From Candidatus Eiseniibacteriota bacterium (GTDB taxonomy: Bacteria > ARS69): a stretch of DNA of 27,976 nt. Shown piece after piece: positions 1 to 8,508 of this stretch; positions within the stretch are counted from its first letter, which is position 1; each line of letters opens with the position of its first letter. The notes below the pieces were generated by a model, which saw only the letters and a list, made by a program, of their open reading frames with translations, had not been told where the DNA came from and ran no database searches. Where the stretch lies: contig JBQTGV010000037.1 in the NCBI GenBank assembly GCA_052390515.1, positions 1-27,976 on the forward strand, written 5' to 3'. Position numbers and translations under genes: made by a program.

Positions 1-437
1 CCGACCTCGTCGCCTGCGGCGCGCCGGACGCGCGCGACTCCCGCCCATCCGGCCGCGGCCCCTTCACCCTCGGCGATCGACTCGAGGTGCAGGGCAAGGG
101 CCTCGTCGCCGCGCGCCGCGCCTTCCAGGAGCTCGGCCAGGGCGAGCCGCGAGGCGGCGCGGTCCTTGGGTGTCCGTGCCGCGGCCACGGCGCCGCGCAG
201 CAGTGATTCGGCTTCGGGAAGCCGGTCCATGCCGGCGAGGCGGCGCGCCTCCGCGGCTGCACCCCGATCGGCCACGCGCACCGACGGCTCCGCGTCCGAC
301 TCCGGCTCGGGTGCGCGCGACGCGGTCCGCGACGTCGCGCATCCCGCCGCGACGAGCACCAGCACCACGGCGGCGAGACGGAGAACGGCGCCGCCGACGG
401 CGCGCGAGCTGGAACGGTGCGGGCCTTCGCCTCTCAT
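1..437 (-). CDS. Lipoprotein with helical TPR-like region, partial (C-terminus runs off the window)
   Basis: Manual translation from ATG at 437: MRGEGPHRSSSRAVGGAVLRLAAVVLVLVAAG-C33 (lipobox), then Ala/Leu-rich helices (AESLLRGAVAAARTPKDRAASRLALAELLE). No stop codon before position 1. Starts 10 nt after the DUF151 stop. Absent from the supplied ORF track because it lacks a stop. Confidence 0.75.
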   Translation of the reverse strand, partial: MRGEGPHRSSSRAVGGAVLRLAAVVLVLVAAGCATSRTASRAPEPESDAEPSVRVADRGAAAEARRLAGMDRLPEAESLLRGAVAAARTPKDRAASRLALAELLEGAARGDEALALHLESIAEGEGAAAGWAGVARVRRAAGDEV

Positions 438-447
438 GCGCAACGGT

Positions 448-930
448 CTACGTCCAGAGCTTGCCGAATTCGTCGGGGTCCATGTCCTCCAGCGAGCGCT
501 GGAGTTCCTCCATGGACTTCTCCCCGCCGATCTCTTCGGTCGCGTCCTCTTCGCGGAGCAGATCCTCGTTCACGAAGATGGGCGAACGCGTACGCAGCGC
601 CAGCGCGATGCAGTCGGAGGGGCGCGCGTCGATGGCCAGCACCTCGTCGCCCCGCTCCAGGTAGACCTTGGCGAAGTACGTCTTGTCGCGCAGCTCGACG
701 ATGGCGATCTTGGGGACCTTCGCCTCCAGCCCGTCGATCACGGTCTTGAGCAGGTCGTGGGTGAGCGGGCGCTGGAACTTCCGGCCGGTGAGCTCGATCG
801 CGATGGCGCTCGCTTCCGACGGCCCGATCCAGATCGGCAGCATGCGCGAACCCGTCTTCTCCTTGAGGAGAACGACCGGCGTGTGCGTGCGCTCGTCGAT
901 GGCCAGGCCGGACACGGTCATCTCGATCAT
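448..930 (-). CDS. Bifunctional nuclease family protein (DUF151)
   Basis: Motifs LPIWIGxxEAxAI, RPLTHDL and IDARPSDCIALALR; 160 aa; ATGA overlap with the upstream gene. Confidence 0.93.
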   Translation of the reverse strand: MIEMTVSGLAIDERTHTPVVLLKEKTGSRMLPIWIGPSEASAIAIELTGRKFQRPLTHDLLKTVIDGLEAKVPKIAIVELRDKTYFAKVYLERGDEVLAIDARPSDCIALALRTRSPIFVNEDLLREEDATEEIGGEKSMEELQRSLEDMDPDEFGKLWT

Positions 931-2093
931 CGGGAAGCCTCCAGGGAGTCCGGCGTCCAGCCGTCGTCCTCGAAGTCGGGCTCCTCGCTCCCCGAACTAA
1001 GCATCCATCGAGCCGACTGCGCAAGGTCGGAGTCCGGATCGATCTCGATCACCTTCTCGAAGGCGGCGGCCGCGCCGAGCGGGTCCCGGAGCTCCTCGGC
1101 GAGGATGAAGCCGATCATGAACTGAGCATCGATCAGCCGGTCGAAGTCGGGAAACCGGGCGATGATCTCCTCGTACAGCTCGATGCGCCGGCGAGGATTG
1201 CCCTCCGACTGGGCTTCGGCGAAGAGCTCGTCGGCGGACTTCGCCCCGGGCTCGTCGTGGATCTTCACGTCGTAGCGCTCGTTCAACTCGGAGAGGAGCT
1301 GCGGCAGGCCGCGCGACGTCCGCTCACGGGAGATGCGGCCGACCACGTCGTCCTTCACCTCCTCGAAGGGACGCAGCCGCTCTTCGCGGATCTCTTCCAC
1401 GCGGAGCACGATCCACCCCGCGCTGATCTCGAACGGCTCGCTGAGCTGGTTGACGGGCAGGGAGAATGCGGCCTCGTGGAACTCCGGGTGATTCCCGATC
1501 CACGGGACCGCCCGCCCCTGGCGTATCCACGTGGGAATGAGCCCGCGCGCGGAAACCACGAACGTGTTCTCCGAGAAGCGGCCGCACAGGTCCTCGAAGA
1601 GGGCTCCGTCGGCGACCATCTCTCCGATCCGTCGGGCCACGTTCTCCCGAGGCGTGAGGAGCATGCGCGCCCTCACCATCTTCTCGGTGCGGTAGTCATC
1701 GAGGTGCTCGTCGTAGAAGCGGCGTGCCTCGTCCTCGTCGACCTGCGACGCCTGCTGCTGCATCCGGTCGAGGTATGTCTGGACCACCGTCTCGCGCTCG
1801 ATCTCGCGGAGGCGGGCGCGCACCGCGTCGTCGCGATCGATGCCGTCCTCGACCGCGGCGCGGTACAGCACCTCCTCCTCGACCATCTGGCGGAGCATGC
1901 GGGTGCGTCCGATCGGGCCCGAGAACTCGGGCCGGGACATCCGCGGCACGCCGGCGATGCGGGCGTCGACCTCCTGGGCGGTGATCTTCCGCCCCCCGAC
2001 CTCGGCGAGGATCTGACCCTCTTCGCCGGGGGGAGAGCACGCGGACGCCCAGCACGCGACGGCGAAGACCGCCGGAAGCGGGAAGCGACTCAT
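927..2093 (-). CDS. PrsA/SurA-like parvulin-fold foldase lipoprotein with C-terminal TPR domain
   Basis: Lipobox WASA-C; LAEVGGRKIT SurA/PrsA N-domain; PEFHEAAFSL...SEP..I.AGW.VLRV parvulin region; C-terminal TPR-like helices (YEEIIARFPD..AQFMIGFI..AAAAFEKVIEIDPDS). Confidence 0.82.
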   Translation of the reverse strand: MSRFPLPAVFAVACWASACSPPGEEGQILAEVGGRKITAQEVDARIAGVPRMSRPEFSGPIGRTRMLRQMVEEEVLYRAAVEDGIDRDDAVRARLREIERETVVQTYLDRMQQQASQVDEDEARRFYDEHLDDYRTEKMVRARMLLTPRENVARRIGEMVADGALFEDLCGRFSENTFVVSARGLIPTWIRQGRAVPWIGNHPEFHEAAFSLPVNQLSEPFEISAGWIVLRVEEIREERLRPFEEVKDDVVGRISRERTSRGLPQLLSELNERYDVKIHDEPGAKSADELFAEAQSEGNPRRRIELYEEIIARFPDFDRLIDAQFMIGFILAEELRDPLGAAAAFEKVIEIDPDSDLAQSARWMLSSGSEEPDFEDDGWTPDSLEASR

Positions 2094-2101
2094 CGCTGCC
2101 T

Positions 2102-2824
2102 TCAGGCTTCCTCGCCGCCCTCTCGGCCGGCGGCCGCCGCCGGCTCGTCCGCCCCGGCCGCGCCCAGCGGCTTCCCACGCCGAGCTTCCTCGCGCGCCTT
2201 GGCTTCCTCTTCCTCGCGCGCCCGTCGCGCGGCCGCCCGCTCGATGGCGACACGGGTAGCCTCTTCCGCTTCCTTCTCGCGCGCGGCGCGCGCCTCGGCC
2301 TCGATCCGCGCGACTTCCTGCGCGGCCTTCGCCTCCGCGTCATGTGCGGCCTGCTCGTTGGCCGCGCCCTCCTTCGATCCGCTCTCGCGGTCGACGAAGA
2401 GCCGGATGTGCGTGTCCACGTCGGGGTGGATCGCGATGGGAACGGCGAAGACGCCCAGCCGCTTGAGGGGGGCATCGAGTCGGATGCGGCGGCGGTCCAC
2501 CTCGAGACCGGCCTTGCCGAGCAGCACGGCGATGTCCTTCGCCGTCACCGCTCCGAATGCCCTTCCTTCGCTGCCGATCTTGAGGGTCATGAAGATCTCG
2601 TGCTCCGCGAGCCACGAGCCGACCCGCTCCGCCTCGGCGCGCTCCTTGCGGTTGCGCACCACGCCGAGCTTCTTGTCCTCGGCCATGCGCCGGGCATTCC
2701 CGGGCGTGTCCAGCATCGCGAGCTGGCGGGGCAGCAGATAGTTCCGCGCGTAGCCGGCGGAGACGTCGAGGCGATCCCCCCGCGCCCCCACTTCCGCGAC
2801 GTCCATCGTGAGAATCACCTTCAT
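2102..2824 (-). CDS. rplI: 50S ribosomal protein L9 with long C-terminal extension
   Basis: MKVIL...GYARNYLLP N-domain; G.AFGAVTAKDI and LKRLG C-domain; rpsF-ssb-rpsR-DUF2232-rplI synteny. Confidence 0.97.
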   Translation of the reverse strand: MKVILTMDVAEVGARGDRLDVSAGYARNYLLPRQLAMLDTPGNARRMAEDKKLGVVRNRKERAEAERVGSWLAEHEIFMTLKIGSEGRAFGAVTAKDIAVLLGKAGLEVDRRRIRLDAPLKRLGVFAVPIAIHPDVDTHIRLFVDRESGSKEGAANEQAAHDAEAKAAQEVARIEAEARAAREKEAEEATRVAIERAAARRAREEEEAKAREEARRGKPLGAAGADEPAAAAGREGGEEA

Positions 2825-2834
2825 CGCGTCTCCC

Positions 2835-3734
2835 TCACGTTTGCTCTCCGGTCCGAATCCGCCGGAAATCGAACCATGCGTCGAACAGGCCGAGCCCGGC
2901 TCCGACCGACGCCACCACGGGCAGCGCCAGGATCACGCCGGCCCCGAACACGGCGACTTTCAGCCCGCGGCTCCAGCCCGCGCGCTCCATCCAGAAGCTC
3001 TGGATCGCCGCGCCGCGCAGGGCGAAGACGAAACCCGAGCCGAGCACGAGGTTCCCGCCGACCGTCGTCGCGACGTCCGCCGGGCCCAGCTTTCCCCACA
3101 GGACCAGCGCGAGCCCCGCGATCAACACGCCGACCCACCCGTCCGGTACGTCGAACAAAGGCCAGCGGCCGAGCCCCGCGCCGCCGCCGCGTTCTCCCAG
3201 CCGGCCGAGCAACCACCAAGCCGCCACGACCATCACCCACGACCCGACGATCTCCGAAGCCACCCAGGTGCGCCGGAGCACCTCGACGGCCGTCGCCGCG
3301 CTCCGTTCCAGCTCCTGGAGCCGCTCGGGCGCGACCCGAGCTTCGCCCCACATCCCGGCGAACGACTTCACCGCGTCCTCCGGCACCGGGTCGAACCCGG
3401 AGAACGCAACCGCGAGCGTCCACGCCGCCGCCGGCAACACGCCGAGAACCAGGGCCAGCCCCGGCGAGGCACCCGCTCGCACGGCGCGGGCCGCGATCGG
3501 ACCGGCCAGGATCGCCGCCGCGAAGGCCGCGATGCCCGACCCGCCCACGATCCACACCGCGGCGACGCCGGGCGCCATGGCCAGCAGCCAGCCGCCCAGG
3601 CTCCCGCGCAGCGCCCAGCCGATCGACGCCGCTGGAATCAGCAGGGCGGCGAACGGCGAGAGCGGCGGCACCCGAACCGCGGCCACCACCACGAGCGGCA
3701 CGGCGAGCGCGAGCGCCAGGAGTCGCGGGCTCAT
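2835..3734 (-). CDS. DUF2232/YybS-family membrane protein
   Basis: Multi-TM protein from ATG 3734 (MSPRLLAL...), C-terminal GLGLFDAWFDFRR signature, located between rpsR and rplI. Confidence 0.88.
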   Translation of the reverse strand: MSPRLLALALAVPLVVVAAVRVPPLSPFAALLIPAASIGWALRGSLGGWLLAMAPGVAAVWIVGGSGIAAFAAAILAGPIAARAVRAGASPGLALVLGVLPAAAWTLAVAFSGFDPVPEDAVKSFAGMWGEARVAPERLQELERSAATAVEVLRRTWVASEIVGSWVMVVAAWWLLGRLGERGGGAGLGRWPLFDVPDGWVGVLIAGLALVLWGKLGPADVATTVGGNLVLGSGFVFALRGAAIQSFWMERAGWSRGLKVAVFGAGVILALPVVASVGAGLGLFDAWFDFRRIRTGEQT

Positions 3735-3751
3735 CGGGCGCCCGGCTGCTC

Positions 3752-3976
3752 CTACAGGTAGTGGTCGCTCGTGTACGGCAACAGAGCCAGGTACCGCGCG
3801 CGCTTGATCGCGGTGGTCAGGCTCCTCTGGTGATACGCGCTGGTTCCGGTGATCCGCCGCGGAACGAGCTTGCCCCGGTCGGTGATGTACCGCCGGAGCC
3901 GCTCGACGTCCTTGTAGTCCACGACCTCGATCTTGTCCTGCGTGAACCGGCAGACCTTTCGCCTTCTGTCCCTCAT
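3752..3976 (-). CDS. rpsR: 30S ribosomal protein S18
   Basis: [27 protein letters not shown]...[25 protein letters not shown] upstream. Confidence 0.98.
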   Translation of the reverse strand: MRDRRRKVCRFTQDKIEVVDYKDVERLRRYITDRGKLVPRRITGTSAYHQRSLTTAIKRARYLALLPYTSDHYL

Positions 3977-3989
3977 CGACTCCTCCTGC

Positions 3990-4031
3990 GACGGAGCCCG
4001 CCCCGGGGTCTTCCCGGAGCGGACCCTCGTC
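3990..4031 (-). promoter_or_regulatory. Long RNA hairpin between ssb and rpsR, next to the rpsR SD
   Basis: GACG-A-GGGUCCGCUCCGGG / CCCGGGGCGGGCUC-CGUC, about 18 bp including 3 G-U pairs (valid on the minus strand only); no U-tract. Confidence 0.55.
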
Positions 4032-4042
4032 CTCGGCCCACG

Positions 4043-4474
4043 CTAGAACGGAACGTCGTCCCCGGCCATCGACTCCCGATCCGGTTCCGCACCTCCGCCG
4101 GCGAACGCCGGCGCCCCGTCGCGGGCACCGCGATCGAGGAACTGGATGCGGTCGGCGAGGATCTCGATGACCGAACGCTTCTGTCCGTCGTCCGTTTCCC
4201 ACGACCGGCTCTGCAGCCGGCCCTCGACGAACACCGCGCTGCCCTTCTTCAAATTATTCCCGCACCGCTCGGCGAGCTCGCGCCAGGCGACGACGTTCAC
4301 GAAACACGTCTCGTCGCGCCATTCGCCGGCGTTGTCCTTGAACCTCCGCGTCGAGCCGATGCGGATGTTCGCGACCGCCGCCCCGCTCTGGATGTAGCGA
4401 ACTTCCGCATCCTGCGTGCAGTAGCCGGTGATCAGGATCTTGTTCAGGGTGGGGAGCCTCAGTTCTCTATCCAC
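4043..4474 (-). CDS. ssb: Single-stranded DNA-binding protein
   Basis: NKILITG..., LKKGSAVFVEGRLQSRSWE, C-terminal DDVPF tip. Confidence 0.97.
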   Translation of the reverse strand: MDRELRLPTLNKILITGYCTQDAEVRYIQSGAAVANIRIGSTRRFKDNAGEWRDETCFVNVVAWRELAERCGNNLKKGSAVFVEGRLQSRSWETDDGQKRSVIEILADRIQFLDRGARDGAPAFAGGGAEPDRESMAGDDVPF

Positions 4475-4928
4475 GGGATCTCTCCCTCGCTCCCGCCGGT
4501 TCGTCGTCGTCGGACTCCTGCTCGAACCGCCGTCCTCGGCCGGATTCGCGCGGTGGTCCGCCGCGACGGTATCCCGGTCGGTCGCGGCCTTCAGGTTGAT
4601 CCTCGAACTCGCTCGGCAGACTGGCGTACTCGAGCGGCGTGCCCTCGTCCCGGATCACCAGGTTCCGCAGCACGATCTCGCTCAGGCGAAAGTGGCGGGC
4701 GAGCTCATCGAGGCCGGTCCGGTCGGCCAGCGTGAAGCGCAGGATCCAATACGCACCCTCGGAGAAGTCGCGAATGGGGTAGGCGAGCCTCCGCCTGCCC
4801 CAGTCCTTCTCCGCGGTGATCTCGCCGCCCTTGGACGTGATGACGTTCTTGACGGCGTTGACCGCGGCGGTCACGCCTTCGGCGTCCAGCGTGGGCGCCA
4901 GGATGAACGTCGTTTCGTAGGACCGCAT
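4467..4928 (-). CDS. rpsF: 30S ribosomal protein S6
   Basis: MRSYETTFIL, WGRRRLAYPI, EGAY, VLRNLVI; charged C-terminal tail. Confidence 0.97.
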   Translation of the reverse strand: MRSYETTFILAPTLDAEGVTAAVNAVKNVITSKGGEITAEKDWGRRRLAYPIRDFSEGAYWILRFTLADRTGLDELARHFRLSEIVLRNLVIRDEGTPLEYASLPSEFEDQPEGRDRPGYRRGGPPRESGRGRRFEQESDDDEPAGARERSRG

Positions 4929-5003
4929 GCTCGGTTTCCTCCTCGGAACGGCTCTCCCCTCGAGCCGGTCATGCGTTTCTTTTCATCCGGGGAACGGGGG
5001 AGT
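4929..5003 (-). promoter_or_regulatory. Possible rpsF leader (S6:S18-binding RNA-like)
   Basis: Hairpin CGGCUC-GAGGGGA-GAGCCG (4949-4967) ending in CCG just 5' of SD GAGGAGG, with a 5' pyrimidine tract CUCCCCCG able to pair with the SD. Position matches the known S6:S18 leader; not checked with a covariance model. Confidence 0.4.
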
Positions 5004-5636
5004 TTACTGGCCGGCCCCCGGGTGGTCAAGCGAAGCAGGGTTGAAGCGGTTCATCGCCGCCAGCACTCCCTCGGTCAGGAAGATCCGTACCCCCTCGGCC
5101 CCCCGGGCGACGACCTCCTCGACCGTCTCGCGCTCGTCGTCCCGGAACGTATCCAGGACGTGGTCCACCACGTCGGTACTCTCCCCGGCGGTCTCGGGCC
5201 GGCCGATCCCCAGCCGGAGACGCGGGAAGTCCCTCGTCCCCAGCTCCGAGATCAGCGAGCGCAGGCCCTTGTGGCCACCGTCCCCGCCGCCCGCGCGGAA
5301 GCGCATGCGCCCGAGCGGCAGGTCGAGGTCGTCGCAGACCACGAGCAGCCGGTCCGGCGCCAGGTCGGGGAAGCGCTCCCGCAGCTCCTTCACCGCGACG
5401 CCGGAGCGGTTCATGAACGTCACCGGCTTCACCAGCAGACCCGCGGCCCCTCCGAGGCTCGCTCTGGCGAGCCCGTAGGCGCCCGGCCCCATCGGCAGCG
5501 CGACTCCGGCCGAACCGGCGAGCGCGTCCACCACGCGGTAGCCCAGGTTGTGGCGGGTGCCCTCGTAGCGGCTCCCCGGGTTGCCCAGGCCCACCACGGC
5601 GAACGTCGGAGTCGGGCCCTCGCCGCTAGGAGGCAT
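5004..5636 (-). CDS. pth: Peptidyl-tRNA hydrolase
   Basis: VVGLGNPGSRYEGTRHNLG, KPVTFMNRSG, DDLDLPLG, GGHKGLRS, RLRLGIGRP; ATG at 5636 preferred over 5654. Confidence 0.97.
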   Translation of the reverse strand: MPPSGEGPTPTFAVVGLGNPGSRYEGTRHNLGYRVVDALAGSAGVALPMGPGAYGLARASLGGAAGLLVKPVTFMNRSGVAVKELRERFPDLAPDRLLVVCDDLDLPLGRMRFRAGGGDGGHKGLRSLISELGTRDFPRLRLGIGRPETAGESTDVVDHVLDTFRDDERETVEEVVARGAEGVRIFLTEGVLAAMNRFNPASLDHPGAGQ

Positions 5637-6339
5637 CTCCCTTCGCCGCGCCACCCTTCGCCGAGCCCGCCTTGACCGGGGCGGCCTTCGCCGTGCCGGC
5701 CTCCTCCTTCACACCCTCGGCGGCTTCGCCCTCCGCCGGCACCGCCACGGCCGCCTCCTCCGCCGCGGTGACCACCTTCTCGACCGTCGGAGCCGCCACC
5801 TGCGCGATCACGCGGGATGGGTCGTCCAGGATCTGGTAGGCGGCTTCGGGGAGGTCGCGGACGTGGATGGACTGGCCGACCAGCAGTTGCGAAACGTCCA
5901 CGACGATGTGCGAGGGCACCTGGGCGGGAAGGCACAGCACCTCGACCTCGCGGGTCTGGTGCTCGAGGATCCCGCCGAAGTTCTTCGCTCCCTCCGGCTG
6001 GCCCGTCAGATGCACGGCCACCTTCACGTGGATCGGCTGGTTCATGTCGATGTGCTGGAAGTCGACGTGCACCGCGGCGCGGGAGACCGGGTCGTGCTGC
6101 ACCTCGCGCGCGATGGACTTGAGCGGCGTCTTCTCGCCGGGCACCTTCACGTCGAACAGGATGTTCTCGCCGTGCGCCTCGTACAGGGCGTGCACGAACT
6201 CGTGCCGGTCCACGGACACGAGCACCATCTTGCCCTGCCCGTAGAGCACGCCCGGGATCCGCCCCGAGCGACGCGCTTCGCGGGCGCCACCCTTGCCGGT
6301 GCGCTCCCGCAGCTCGACTTCGATCGCTATCGTCTTCAT
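5626..6339 (-). CDS. rplY: 50S ribosomal protein L25/Ctc (long form)
   Basis: RERTGKGGAREARRSGRIPGVLYG, VQHDPV, HVDF, GGILEH, LLVGQSIHVRDL; prs-rplY-pth synteny. Confidence 0.97.
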   Translation of the reverse strand: MKTIAIEVELRERTGKGGAREARRSGRIPGVLYGQGKMVLVSVDRHEFVHALYEAHGENILFDVKVPGEKTPLKSIAREVQHDPVSRAAVHVDFQHIDMNQPIHVKVAVHLTGQPEGAKNFGGILEHQTREVEVLCLPAQVPSHIVVDVSQLLVGQSIHVRDLPEAAYQILDDPSRVIAQVAAPTVEKVVTAAEEAAVAVPAEGEAAEGVKEEAGTAKAAPVKAGSAKGGAAKGDAS

Positions 6340-6373
6340 CTTTTCCGTCCTCGCGTGGAATGGCTCGCCCGAC

Positions 6374-7312
6374 TCACCAGTCGAACAGGCTCGAAATCGA
6401 TTCGCTGCGGTGGATCCGCCGGATGGCCTCGGCGAAGAGGTCCGCGGTCGGCAGGATCTGCACCTTCTCCGACTCCCGGCGCGACGGGAAGGTGTCGGTC
6501 ACGACCACCTTGGAGATCGCCGACCGCTCCAGGTGATCCAGCGCGTCGCCGGACAGCACCCCGTGGGTCGCGCAGGCGTAGATCTCCCTCGCTCCGGCTT
6601 CCTTCAGCTTCTCGGCGGCACGGATGAGCGTACTGCCGGTGTCGATCATGTCGTCGATGACGAGGAGGTTCCGCCCGCGAACCTCGTTCATCCCGATGAC
6701 GTTCAGCACCTCCGCGGCGTTGGCCTGCGGCCGGCGCTTCTCCACGATGGCCAACGGCACGCCCAGCCGGTTGGCGTAGGCGCGCGCCATCTTGACGCTC
6801 CCGAGGTCCGGCGCGACCACCGTGAACTCCCGGAGGTCGAACCCCTCGAAGAACTCCATGAACACCGGCATCGCGTACAGGTGATCCACGGGGATGTCGA
6901 AGAACCCCTGGATCTGCGACGCGTGCAGGTCCATGGTCAGCACGCGGTCGGCCCCGGCGGTGGTGATCAGGTTCGCCACCAGCTTGGCCGCGAGCGACAC
7001 GCGCGGCTGATCCTTGCGGTCCTGGCGGGCATAGCCGTAGTACGGAATGACCGCCGTGACCCGCGATGCCGAGGCTCTCGTCGCCGCGTCCAGCAGCAGG
7101 AACAGCTGGATGAGGTGATCCTGCCCCGGCACCGTGGGCTGGACGATGAACACGTCCACCCCGCGCACGTTCTCGTTCAGCCGAACGAAGATCTCGCCGT
7201 CGGAGAACCGGGAAATCTCGACGTTCCCGAGGGATACGCCCAGTGCCCCGGCGATCCGCTGCGACAGCCGCTCGTTCGCGGTGCCCGAGAAAACCACCAT
7301 GCCGTCGGACAC
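6374..7312 (-). CDS. prs: Ribose-phosphate pyrophosphokinase
   Basis: FSDGEI, VIPYYGYARQDRK, DLHASQIQGFF, DDMIDTGSTL, ATHGVLSG. Confidence 0.99.
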   Translation of the reverse strand: MSDGMVVFSGTANERLSQRIAGALGVSLGNVEISRFSDGEIFVRLNENVRGVDVFIVQPTVPGQDHLIQLFLLLDAATRASASRVTAVIPYYGYARQDRKDQPRVSLAAKLVANLITTAGADRVLTMDLHASQIQGFFDIPVDHLYAMPVFMEFFEGFDLREFTVVAPDLGSVKMARAYANRLGVPLAIVEKRRPQANAAEVLNVIGMNEVRGRNLLVIDDMIDTGSTLIRAAEKLKEAGAREIYACATHGVLSGDALDHLERSAISKVVVTDTFPSRRESEKVQILPTADLFAEAIRRIHRSESISSLFDW

Positions 7313-7354
7313 CGAGCACTCCTCGCGCAGGCTCTGTGCGCAGAACGGCCGGTC

Positions 7355-7383
7355 ATTCTAGGGGAGGCCGGTCGGTCGGGCAA
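7355..7383 (-). promoter_or_regulatory. Putative sigma70 promoter for prs-rplY-pth-rpsF...
   Basis: TTGCCC (7383-7378), 17 nt spacer, TAGAAT (7360-7355), about 40 nt upstream of prs. Confidence 0.65.
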
Positions 7384-7437
7384 CCTCGAAGTCGCCGGGA
7401 GGGCCGGCGGGCGCGGAAACGCAGGTTCCCGGGGGGC

Positions 7438-7508
7438 TTGGGGCGGGAGGAGTCGAACCTCCATTCTCGGCTCCAAAGGCCGATGTCCTGCCATTAGACG
7501 ACACCCCA
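7438..7508 (-). tRNA. tRNA-Gln (anticodon UUG), CCA not encoded
   Basis: TGGGGTG/CGCCCCA acceptor stem; D arm around AATGGC; TCGGC-CT TTG GA-GCCGA anticodon arm; GGAGG-TTCGACT-CCTCC T arm; classic ispE-tRNAGln-prs position. Confidence 0.96.
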
Positions 7509-7625
7509 GCGGGGCGTGGGCGGCCCGGATGCGGCAGCCGCGCCGGCTGTCGGCCACGCGCTCGCTCGGTTCGACGAAGGCCGCGGCCGGCCACCGGCGA
7601 CCGGCCGGCCTGGCGGCCGGCACCC

Positions 7626-8489
7626 TCAGACCAGGGTTTGCGCCCGCGTCACCTTCCACTTGGGGCTGGCCACCTTCTTCGCGATCCTCTCGGCGGCTTC
7701 GGCGTCCGCTGCGATGCCGAAGACCGTCGGGCCGCTGCCGGACATGACGGCCCCGAGGGCCCCCGCGGACTTGAGCCGGCGCTTCGCCTCGGCCACCACC
7801 GGATGGGCCTTGGCCACTCCCGGCTCCAGCTCGTTCACCAGGTTCGCGGCGAGCAGATCCAGGCGGGCGGACGCCAGCGCGACCTTCACCATGCTGGTGG
7901 CCCCACCGGCGCGGGTCAACTCCTCCGGCACGTGATCGTAGGCCCACTGCGAGGAAACCCGCAGCGCCGGATGCACGAGCACCAGCTCCACCGGGGCGGC
8001 GCTCTGCAGGGGCTCGAGCACTTCGCCCCGCCCGGTGGCCAGGCAGGTCCCGCCCCGCAGGAAGAAGGGCACGTCCGAACCGAGCTCGAGGCCGAGCGCT
8101 GCGAGCTTCGCTTCGGAGAGGCCCGCTCCCCACACGTCGTTCAGGGCACGCAGCACCGTCGCCGCATTGGAGCTGCCGCCGCCCAGCCCCGCGGCGATGG
8201 GGATGCGCTTCACGATGCGCACGTCGATGCCGTGGCGGACGCCGGTCCTCTCGGCGAGCAGCTGCGCCGCGCGCCACGCGAGATTCCCGCCTTCCTTGGG
8301 TGCGCCCTGGCCGCCGTGGAACGAGAACTTCCGGCCGCCCGGCGTGAGCGTGACGGTGTCGTGCAGAGTGACCGGCGCGAGGATCGTGCGGATGGAGTGG
8401 TAGCCGTCGGACCGCCGGCCCAGTACCTCCAGCGAGAGGTTGATCTTCGCCGGAGACTCGAGGAGGAGCTTTTCCTTCGTGGCGGTCAA
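7626..8489 (-). CDS. ispE: 4-diphosphocytidyl-2-C-methyl-D-erythritol kinase
   Basis: SPAKINLSL, KRIPIAAGLGGGSSNAA, LGSDVPFF, MSGSGPTVFG; TTG start with SD GGAGG. Confidence 0.98.
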   Translation of the reverse strand: MTATKEKLLLESPAKINLSLEVLGRRSDGYHSIRTILAPVTLHDTVTLTPGGRKFSFHGGQGAPKEGGNLAWRAAQLLAERTGVRHGIDVRIVKRIPIAAGLGGGSSNAATVLRALNDVWGAGLSEAKLAALGLELGSDVPFFLRGGTCLATGRGEVLEPLQSAAPVELVLVHPALRVSSQWAYDHVPEELTRAGGATSMVKVALASARLDLLAANLVNELEPGVAKAHPVVAEAKRRLKSAGALGAVMSGSGPTVFGIAADAEAAERIAKKVASPKWKVTRAQTLV

Positions 8490-8508
8490 TCCGGACCTCC
8501 CGCGGCGC

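Noticed and set aside
3752-3976. S18 lacking the full zinc-binding cysteine set (CRFT, GTSA)
   Set aside because: Zinc-free S18 variants are common and this copy is in the canonical operon.
2342-4735. 797-aa plus-strand ORF and similar R/P/A-rich ORFs throughout the track
   Set aside because: Lie opposite or out of frame with clearly identified genes and have low-complexity off-frame composition.
7380-7440. Possible integrative element or att site at the tRNA-Gln 3' end
   Set aside because: No integrase and no duplicated tRNA 3' end seen; ispE-tRNA-prs synteny is intact.
7561-7569. ctcgctcgg matching the start of the two-copy element
   Set aside because: Only 9 nt match and none of the other blocks follow; compatible with chance.
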